Positions 25,015-32,000 of a DNA stretch of 32,000 bases are shown here, in pieces. The translations under genes and the position numbers were made by a program. Each line of letters starts with the position of its first letter. Position 1 is the first letter of the stretch. The notes beneath the pieces are model-generated. The model ran no database searches and was not told the origin of the DNA. It was given only the letters and a program-made list of their open reading frames with translations. The DNA comes from an uncultured archaeon (GTDB lineage: Archaea; Asgardarchaeota; Thorarchaeia; Thorarchaeales; CAZPUN01), in the NCBI GenBank assembly GCA_964589775.1, contig CAZPUN010000023.1, positions 128,456 to 160,455 on the forward strand. The letters are read 5' to 3'.

Positions 25015-26496
25015 ATGCCAGCAGGAATTGCATTATGTTCATGGAATGAAAAAGAAGGATTAAATACACACTTTTACTTTCCAAGTACTTTAAAAATTCC
25101 AACTGTGTTGGTATCTGAACTTCTAACTAGCGAAGAAGAAAATAAAGAAACCGTAAAAATAATTCAATCAGGACTATCTGAACTTAAGGGCCTTGCTATT
25201 CCAATAGATTTAGAAACGAATCTTTATTTAATATTGTTTTTAAATAATGATGAAAGCCCTGAAACTTACCGAAAGTCATTTCTGAAGGAATTTGAAGGAA
25301 TTCCTAAGAAGTATCTATCTCTGCATGCGATTGAACGAAAGAGCAATCAAGAGAAAATCAAACAAATCATTGAGGAAATTTTCTGGGATCTCACATCACT
25401 TGAAAATGATGCAGTGTTGGCACAAAAATTATATGATGAGATTTTTTCAAACAGTCTTCAGTTTGTGCAAATCCTGACTGGCATTACTGTCGAGGGGTCT
25501 GAACTCGTTTATGGTGTTCACATAACGAATCATTCTGGAATGAAAATTGAGCAAATTACATTCCAATTAGATTTACCTGAGGGAATTATCCGTGCAGATC
25601 CAAAATTCAATCCAAACGATGCAGACCTTCAAAAATTAGACCCTAATGAAACTCATGTTTTTATGTTTAATTTGCGATATCGTGGAATGCCTCTTGGAAC
25701 GATAAAAGGCTATGTCTCCCTAAAGATGACTGATGGGATTTATGTTTTCGAGTTACCTCCCGCTCGCTTGAGCGCTTATAATCTAATTGAATACCCTCAA
25801 AATGAAATTGAACCCGATTATACAAATATTTCTTACAACTTTCTAATAACTGATAGTACTGACATAAGTCGAATTATTGAGGGCTTAATTCTAAGATTGG
25901 ATACTGAAATTGTTGATGAAGTTCACGCAAAGCATGAAAATCTAAATGTTGATATGTGGATCTTGCAAGGAAACTGCGCTTATGGTTTCTCAGTTGAAAT
26001 TGGTATCTTTGCATTCACTGATATGAATAAAACAATATCCCTTATTCAAGTTGCAGGCGGCTCTTACGAATTTAACAGGTCCATAGGTTCTGATATTATT
26101 AATGCAATACGTGCAGCAGCTGCTCTGGATGCAAAAAGTATACTGTCTTCAGAAGAACGATTTGTCGATAATCTCTCTATGATTCTAATTCTATATTTGT
26201 ATGTACAAATAATTAATAATTTACCTCCTGAAGAACTTATTGTTAAATTAAAAGATATAACTCATAAATTACGTGCTCTAAAATTAATTGCTTTAGAAGA
26301 TCCAAAATATGAAAATTTCATACTAGCACCTACCGAACCTATAAAACAAAACATCGAACTAATTATTCGTGAAATTTGGCGATATTCATATGAAACCAAT
26401 GAGGAGATTAATTTTATTGATTATCTTGAAAAAATCTCCACAATATTGAAAATATCTGATAAAGCATATTCATCATTACGAGAAGTTTTTGAATAG
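25015..26496 (+). CDS. uDENN/longin-like domain + coatomer/adaptin appendage-like (Ig ear + platform) domain + helical tail
   Basis: SD GAGGGG then ATG 25015. GIALCSWNEKEG.....YFP; VHITNHSG..IEQITFQL.LP...L.P.E..VF.F.L...G.IKG.V; platform-like alpha/beta segment ending IQVAGGS...SIG..I. Confidence 0.6.
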   Translation: MPAGIALCSWNEKEGLNTHFYFPSTLKIPTVLVSELLTSEEENKETVKIIQSGLSELKGLAIPIDLETNLYLILFLNNDESPETYRKSFLKEFEGIPKKYLSLHAIERKSNQEKIKQIIEEIFWDLTSLENDAVLAQKLYDEIFSNSLQFVQILTGITVEGSELVYGVHITNHSGMKIEQITFQLDLPEGIIRADPKFNPNDADLQKLDPNETHVFMFNLRYRGMPLGTIKGYVSLKMTDGIYVFELPPARLSAYNLIEYPQNEIEPDYTNISYNFLITDSTDISRIIEGLILRLDTEIVDEVHAKHENLNVDMWILQGNCAYGFSVEIGIFAFTDMNKTISLIQVAGGSYEFNRSIGSDIINAIRAAAALDAKSILSSEERFVDNLSMILILYLYVQIINNLPPEELIVKLKDITHKLRALKLIALEDPKYENFILAPTEPIKQNIELIIREIWRYSYETNEEINFIDYLEKISTILKISDKAYSSLREVFE

Positions 26497-26512
26497 CTGG
26501 GGGAATTTCTAA

Positions 26513-26854
26513 TTGTGGAGACGGCGTAAAAGTGATGATAAAAACAAAAAAGAGGTTCAAGAAGTATTAAAATATTTGTCAGATCTTACAAGTTCATGGT
26601 ATTCATGGTTAGTTATTATTCTATTATTTAAGAAGAAGGGAACCGCACATATTGATGACGTCCGCGAAGTTATGATGAAAGAAGGTTTTGCTCCAACAGT
26701 GTTGAATAGTATAATTCAAGATAATATCATTAGACTACGTGGTGTTGTCAGTTTTGATGGGACCATTCTAAAATTAACTCGAGATACTCATGTCATAAGA
26801 TGGTTAAGAAAGCAATTGCCGAATGTTTCGCGCCGCTTGTCTTTTCCACAATAA
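26513..26854 (+). CDS. Small hypothetical protein, probable winged-helix
   Basis: TTG start with SD GGGGGA, 16 nt after the previous stop. IILLFKKKGTAHIDDV...LRGVVSFDGTILKLT fits a helix-helix-helix-wing pattern. Confidence 0.65.
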   Translation: MWRRRKSDDKNKKEVQEVLKYLSDLTSSWYSWLVIILLFKKKGTAHIDDVREVMMKEGFAPTVLNSIIQDNIIRLRGVVSFDGTILKLTRDTHVIRWLRKQLPNVSRRLSFPQ

Positions 26855-26903
26855 GAGTTTTGTAATTTATACAGACAATGAAAAATAGATGATCTTTTAT
26901 AAG

Positions 26904-26975
26904 TGTGGGCCTGGCGTTTAACCAGGCCCGTGATGGCAACGATCCCAATGCATTGGGTCGAATGTTGTGTTGAGG
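26904..26975 (+). ncRNA. Candidate structured RNA (two GC-rich hairpins) downstream of the GTPase operon
   Basis: GGGCCTGG/CCAGGCCC 8-bp stem (26907-26929) and CCCAATGCATTGGG core (26944-26957), both extendable by G-U pairs on the + strand. Confidence 0.3.
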
Positions 26976-27100
26976 GGTGATATGTGAGGGTGTGTTGAGG
27001 CTAATTATCGTAATTAATACGTAATTTGTAATTGTGTTACGTCTCACACAGCAAGTATTTAAGTTTTTGCTCCTTAAAAATATTTGTGGAGTGTGCACCT

Positions 27101-27463
27101 ATGGGAAAAGTGAAAGAGTCTCAGTCTGTAAATGAAGATCTAAAACAAGAATTACTTGGTCGATTCAATAAAGAGAGATTTGGTCTTCATAATCGTGAGC
27201 TGACTGTCATGACGCGTCTCTCGGCAGAGGATGTGAAAGTTCTAGATGCATTAGTTGAACTTGAGGTTTTCAAGAGTAGGTCCGAGGCCGTAGCATTTTT
27301 TGTACGTCGAATGATTCTTTCTCGCGAGCAAGAATTCAAAAAATTGACTGCACTTGTGGATGAAATTAAGCGCAGGAAATCCATGGCAATATCTACACTG
27401 ATTAAGGCGATAGAATCTGAAAAAGAAGAAGATGGAGAAAAAGCGGAAGACTCTGAAGACTAA
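27101..27463 (+). CDS. Ribbon-helix-helix (CopG/Arc/MetJ-like) DNA-binding protein with C-terminal coiled coil
   Basis: TVMTRLSAEDVKVLDALVELEVFKSRSEAVAFFVR. Start ATG 27101 behind GGAGTG; TATA-like TATTTAAG at about 27056. Confidence 0.82.
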   Translation: MGKVKESQSVNEDLKQELLGRFNKERFGLHNRELTVMTRLSAEDVKVLDALVELEVFKSRSEAVAFFVRRMILSREQEFKKLTALVDEIKRRKSMAISTLIKAIESEKEEDGEKAEDSED

Positions 27464-29187
27464 ATTATCTTAAATGCAGTAATTACGTATTGTTCTCCGC
27501 TAACATCAATTGTCGCATTGAATTTATTTCCGACCTGTGCAGATAGCAGTGCATACCAATCTTGTAATGGCATTGAACCTGGCCAGCCTTCTATGTATTT
27601 ATAAGTATCGTTATTAGTTTGTAGCACTATATGAGTAACTCCATTTTGGACATATGAGTAATATCCTGTAATATTTGCAATTAGATTTATAGTCTCTTGG
27701 ATCTGTGTTCCTCCAAATAATGCTATGTATTTCAGGCGTGCTGAGCGAACAAGATTCTCACCCGTAAGACCTCCTGTAGCTAACTCAAGAATTCTATTAT
27801 CTGATTTTGAAGCATCTACTAAAGCAAGTCCTGCAAGGCGTATCGTAATTGATGTACTTTCTTCACTACTGTACTCTTGCCAATAGACTGGAACATACCA
27901 TGTTAATTTGAAATCTCCAGGTGCTATTTCTACAGGATATAGCATTGGCATTGCGGCATAATAAAAGCCTGTTGCAGGTTTTGGTAATTCACTCTCGACG
28001 ACATCCATTGCAGTGATTCCACTGATTAAGTTCAGGTCTTTATAATCATAGTAATATACATGATTTCGCGAAATCTTGAATACGCCTGCAAGTGTTTTTT
28101 CACTTGAGACTGGATGTACAGCAACAATTGCATCGATTTCGTTAGTATCTGGATCTAAGATGTAACGTAAGTCCTCACTTATTTCAACGCGTTCTCGGGA
28201 GGGTGGGATTATCCATAGTAATCCTCCTGCAAATAAATCGAATCCGTCTCCACGTCGATAATCACCCCAACGTGAAATATCTCGTTCTAGAAATGGTTCT
28301 GCAAAAATTCGTTCTATGAATTCCGGTACATTGTCAATGCTATTATATTCCTTAATTGTACCATTTTCAAAATATACAATTGGCCCTAGCGGGTCTTCAG
28401 TAAGATCAAAATTCAGTCGTGTTCGTGTCAGTATATATGCAAGGTGTCCCAAATTATCAACTTCTACGTATGCTTGCTCATATAGAATACTTGTATCTGC
28501 TAAATAGTTTCTAAAGAATATATCATGATCCCAGAACAATCCTTCTCCTATTGGCATAGTTCGATTTATTTCAATAGGGTCTCTCGTAGGATCATTGGCA
28601 TCAATTATGAGAAATCCTTTCACATAATTTTCACTGAGCGTATTTGTTGAAACAATCTCACAAGCCCAGGAAAGTCGTCCATTATATACCATAATGTGGG
28701 CTGAATTTACAAATACATTACTACCATATGAGCTGAGATGTTGTTGTGCGATATTTGTTGCATATTCTGGAGTAATCAGTCGAACCATATTGTCTGGAAT
28801 TGTATTATTGTATATCATTCCCGATTTATATGTTACAAAACTATTGAATCGCTCCGCATTTGTAAGACCACTAGTCCATAGACCGATTCCTGAAAAAAGT
28901 AAAGGCGCAACAATTAGAACAAAGAATACCAATCCTTGCATTCTTTTGAAATGAAGAATATCTGTGAATAATACTCTTGTAAATGACCATATTATTACGA
29001 ATCCTACAATATACCATACCAGAGGTAACATGAGAAAAATTGATAATATTAACCATGCTGTAATGCCTTGGATTAATGCAAACATAAATATTTTGAATTT
29101 TGGCGGTAATGGTAGAATTATATAGGGTTTTTTAGGTGTAAGTAAGAATAAAAAGATCGTAACTATCAATAGCAATCCGACGCTCAT
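27460..29187 (-). CDS. Hypothetical membrane protein (about 4 N-terminal TM helices, large extracytoplasmic domain)
   Basis: Hydrophobic N-terminal 105 aa, then a soluble Y/W/G-rich beta domain (YNGRLSW, GFLIIDA, VPEFIERIF..WG.Y..G, MPMLY...TWYVP). Confidence 0.75.
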   Translation of the reverse strand: MSVGLLLIVTIFLFLLTPKKPYIILPLPPKFKIFMFALIQGITAWLILSIFLMLPLVWYIVGFVIIWSFTRVLFTDILHFKRMQGLVFFVLIVAPLLFSGIGLWTSGLTNAERFNSFVTYKSGMIYNNTIPDNMVRLITPEYATNIAQQHLSSYGSNVFVNSAHIMVYNGRLSWACEIVSTNTLSENYVKGFLIIDANDPTRDPIEINRTMPIGEGLFWDHDIFFRNYLADTSILYEQAYVEVDNLGHLAYILTRTRLNFDLTEDPLGPIVYFENGTIKEYNSIDNVPEFIERIFAEPFLERDISRWGDYRRGDGFDLFAGGLLWIIPPSRERVEISEDLRYILDPDTNEIDAIVAVHPVSSEKTLAGVFKISRNHVYYYDYKDLNLISGITAMDVVESELPKPATGFYYAAMPMLYPVEIAPGDFKLTWYVPVYWQEYSSEESTSITIRLAGLALVDASKSDNRILELATGGLTGENLVRSARLKYIALFGGTQIQETINLIANITGYYSYVQNGVTHIVLQTNNDTYKYIEGWPGSMPLQDWYALLSAQVGNKFNATIDVSGEQYVITAFKII

Positions 29188-29333
29188 TTTTCAGTCCTTC
29201 CCAATTATGTATGAATATTTTATCTATCTGTAATATTAATGTATGCGAACACTAATAAACATAGTTAATTTTCATTCCAAAACTTAAAATAATTAGTTGT
29301 AGTATAGATGATTAATTCAAAAGGTGACTTTAC

Positions 29334-30872
29334 ATGAGCCTTGAGAAATTTAAGACTGGAACAATCTTAGACAATACTGCGTTAGAAACCATTACAGTCC
29401 CCTCTAACATTTTACTCTCTCAAGATTCTGGTTGTGGTGCTGATATTTTATCTCTTGAAATCATTTGTAATGCCTTAAAGCATGGGCGCAACGCTATCAT
29501 TTTAACATATCCAAAGTCACCTTCAAAAATTAGGGAACAACTACGTGGTTTGTCCTGTGATGTTCGTGCAAACGAACGAAATGGCTCATTAGTTATAATT
29601 GATGGTTATTCAAAAGGGTTTGAATTTATAGATGTAAATGAAAATGCCGAGCTTATTTTAGAAAAGCCTTACGATCTAAACTATGTTTTGCATATGATTA
29701 AAACTCTATTGAATGAAAAAGGATTGGAATGGACTAAAGGTGCTGTATTTGTCTACAATGTACTGTCTTCATTGTCCGGATTAAAAGATGAAAATCTCTT
29801 AGTTAAGTTTGCAAATGGTCTAAAATTATTAAATGATCGTTTTAAAATGCTGGGTATTTATGTTATTGATATGGGTGTTCATTCCGAGCGTTTTCTTGCT
29901 CAAATCAAGCATATTTTTGACTTTTGCTATGAATTTAGACTTTCAAAAGAAAATAAGCGAATTTCCCGGTATATTGCATTAACTTCCAGTGTAAATGGCA
30001 GTGTGTCAAAAGGTTGGATACCGTATGAACTTACTAATAGTGGATTATTAATATCTGATTTTGTTGTTGAAGAAAAATTATCCGAGCTCACAATCCGTAA
30101 TAAACGGGTAAAAACTGGAATTCGCGGATTAGATGTAATGCTTAAGGGCGGGTTTAAAGGAAATACTGTAACCTTATTGGCTGGGAGTCCAGGAACTGGA
30201 AAAACTACTCTAGGCGTTCAATATATCTATAATGGTGTGGATAAATACAATGAGCCTGGTATCATAATTACTTTTGAGCAAACACCTGAAGAGTTGATTG
30301 CTGACGCTAAGAATTTTGGTTGGGATCTTGAAAAATATGTAAATGAAGGTAAAATAGAAATTATTTACACAACTCCAATTGCGCTACAGCGAGAAAATGA
30401 ACGAATTGAAAATCGTTTCTTGGAACTTGTTAATAAAATTCATGCAAAGCGTCTTTTGCTTGATAGCATTAGTCATTTTCAATTATTAGCAACAACTAAC
30501 GTGGATATACGACAAGAAATTTTCAAATTCATTCAGCAGATTAAGCGTTTTGGTTTGACTTCAATTATGACTTATGAAGTTAACGAAATTATGGGTGCGC
30601 CTTTGAAGATTTCTGGATATGGTGTTGAATTCATAGTCGATACTGTTATATATATGAGACTAGTTGAGATAGGTAGTGAAATAAGAAAGGCTATGGCAAT
30701 TTTAAAAATGCGTGGTAGTGATTTCGACAGAAGAGTTCGTGAGTATGTCATCGATGATAAAGGAATTAAAATAGCAACACCATTTACTGATGTTGAAAGT
30801 GTATTATCCGGTACAAGTTATAGATCTATTATAACTCGGCGGGCAAACGAATTCTTCAGCGAAAATAAATGA
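29334..30872 (+). CDS. Double-domain KaiC/GvpD/RAD55-family ATPase; N-domain degenerate
   Basis: C-domain: KTGIRGLD.MLKGG, GSPGTGKTT, ITFEQ, LLDSIS, ILKMRGS. N-domain P-loop reads QDSGCGADIL (no GKT). Confidence 0.88.
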   Translation: MSLEKFKTGTILDNTALETITVPSNILLSQDSGCGADILSLEIICNALKHGRNAIILTYPKSPSKIREQLRGLSCDVRANERNGSLVIIDGYSKGFEFIDVNENAELILEKPYDLNYVLHMIKTLLNEKGLEWTKGAVFVYNVLSSLSGLKDENLLVKFANGLKLLNDRFKMLGIYVIDMGVHSERFLAQIKHIFDFCYEFRLSKENKRISRYIALTSSVNGSVSKGWIPYELTNSGLLISDFVVEEKLSELTIRNKRVKTGIRGLDVMLKGGFKGNTVTLLAGSPGTGKTTLGVQYIYNGVDKYNEPGIIITFEQTPEELIADAKNFGWDLEKYVNEGKIEIIYTTPIALQRENERIENRFLELVNKIHAKRLLLDSISHFQLLATTNVDIRQEIFKFIQQIKRFGLTSIMTYEVNEIMGAPLKISGYGVEFIVDTVIYMRLVEIGSEIRKAMAILKMRGSDFDRRVREYVIDDKGIKIATPFTDVESVLSGTSYRSIITRRANEFFSENK

Positions 30873-32000
30873 ATGAGGAAATAAAATTGGTTTCGTGGGC
30901 TGCTGTAGATATTGCAGAGCTTCTGATATCATCTGTGATAGGGATCGATATAATCACAAAAGGAGTGAAAAGTACAAATAGAAAATTCTTTTTAATTTTC
31001 ATATTTAGCGTTATGATCTGGATTGCGAGTCATTTTATTTTCGTGAACAGCTTTAACTATTTTGCTTCGCGAATTTTTGCAATTCCTACTGCCACAGCGC
31101 CTTCGTTTGCTACAGCCTTTCTTTTTTTGTCTGCTTTAGACATTCGTCGTGAAGTAAACAAAAAGGATATATTGGGCGTATTAGTCATCCCTAGCGTTCT
31201 CTCTCTTGTAACAACCATTATTATCTTCTCACAACCCAACAGTATAACTATGATTTATCCAATAATAGGGAATCAACTTAATTTGCCGATAACTTTAAAT
31301 CTCATTATCATTTCGCAAATCGCATTATATTTATTTTTAACCGCAGAAGTTTTTCTCTGGTTATATTGGACTGTAGAAAGTGAAAATACAAAAATGCGGC
31401 TCATTATCATGTTAATTTCAATTATCGAGTTTGCTGTTATACCCTTTGTTGAATTAATTGAAGGTCTTATTAATCATATTCCTAACGCTAACATACTTCA
31501 TGTAGAACTTGTCCTTGCTCCTCTTCTTACATTATGGTATGCCTTTGCATTTAAACCAACACAAAATTCTGATTTATCGCCCCCACGCTGGCGAATTTAT
31601 ATCTTAACGATCACAGCAATTTTATATATTTTTGCCGTCTCTGCTATTATTCCAATCACATATTTTATTTCATTATTTATTCCTATTATTTTATCCTTTG
31701 TAATCTTTGTATTAAGCACAGGTACTTCATTCATTTTGGCATCGCGAAAAAGTGATTTGTATATTTTCTTCGGCACTCTTTCTCTAGCTTCCATAATTTG
31801 GGGAATTGAAAATATACATATAAGTATGGAAGTATTAAATAGTGAAACCATACCCTATTATTTTCTACCAACTTTAGGAATTCGTATTTCGTATATCATT
31901 CTATTGATCGGCAGTATATCGTTAATTAAGGCAGTATCAAAAATATCCATTCGTGATATTTATAGTCTTGATCTTGAAGATACGATTATGATTACATTTA
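30869..32000 (+). CDS. Polytopic membrane protein with HisKA_7TM-like sensor N-terminus (runs off the window)
   Basis: Not in the ORF track; translated by hand from ATG 30869 (ATGA overlap with the KaiC-like stop). MNEEIKLVSWAAV...NRKFFLIFIFSVMIWIASHF...; at least 11 hydrophobic segments; no stop before 32000. Confidence 0.75.
   Translation, partial: MNEEIKLVSWAAVDIAELLISSVIGIDIITKGVKSTNRKFFLIFIFSVMIWIASHFIFVNSFNYFASRIFAIPTATAPSFATAFLFLSALDIRREVNKKDILGVLVIPSVLSLVTTIIIFSQPNSITMIYPIIGNQLNLPITLNLIIISQIALYLFLTAEVFLWLYWTVESENTKMRLIIMLISIIEFAVIPFVELIEGLINHIPNANILHVELVLAPLLTLWYAFAFKPTQNSDLSPPRWRIYILTITAILYIFAVSAIIPITYFISLFIPIILSFVIFVLSTGTSFILASRKSDLYIFFGTLSLASIIWGIENIHISMEVLNSETIPYYFLPTLGIRISYIILLIGSISLIKAVSKISIRDIYSLDLEDTIMITF

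Noticed and set aside
26887-26975. SECIS element
   Set aside because: No adjacent ORF has an in-frame TGA at a Cys-like position, and no clean SECIS core with apical AA was found.
26793-27098. 101-aa minus-strand ORF
   Set aside because: No SD or recognisable motif. It overlaps the 26513 gene and crosses the hairpin and promoter region.
29334-30872. True circadian kaiC
   Set aside because: N-domain P-loop is dead, S/T phosphosites are absent and there is no kaiA/kaiB in the window.
31057-31851. Two short minus-strand ORFs
   Set aside because: Antisense to the long open + strand membrane ORF starting at 30869.
1-32000. tRNA, rRNA, IS/transposase, integrase or provirus
   Set aside because: No cloverleaf, rRNA-like tract, terminal inverted repeats or recombinase motifs seen by eye; a tRNAscan/Infernal/ISEScan run would be needed to exclude them formally.

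Overview
AT-rich, gene-dense archaeal chromosomal segment. It is very probably from an Asgard archaeon: it has an archaeal-type ThrRS, ABCE1, CofE, a nurA-herA-mre11-rad50 cluster, and several longin, Arf-like GTPase and coat-like domains. Left to right: a window-truncated Hrq1/MrfA-type DEAH helicase missing from the ORF track; two half-size MgtE-like permeases with a tandem PhoU/TrkA-C regulator; three small hypotheticals; a GldG/IFT52 (GIFT)-domain coiled-coil protein; a GT-C-type glycosyltransferase; the DNA-break operon, in which rad50 appears to start at ATA; a metallo-beta-lactamase-fold protein lacking its metal ligands; an acidic cytosolic multi-Ig protein resembling a mu-adaptin homology domain; ABCE1, cofE and thrS; a six-gene GTPase operon; an RHH regulator; a membrane protein; and a double-domain KaiC-like ATPase coupled to a truncated multi-TM sensor. 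The best candidate for an undescribed system is the operon at 22007-26854. It encodes a longin-Arf-like GTPase, two helical-hairpin proteins, a long coiled-coil/winged-helix protein, a longin + coatomer/adaptin-appendage-like protein and a small winged-helix protein, which together suggest an Asgard proto-coat/adaptor module. The two hairpin proteins and the GIFT protein 17 kb away share a 64-aa hairpin that aligns without gaps and resembles the ESCRT-I core hairpin. Two intergenic structured-RNA candidates were also seen. No tRNA, rRNA, CRISPR array or mobile element was recognised. All domain calls are by-eye motif recognition, not database searches.
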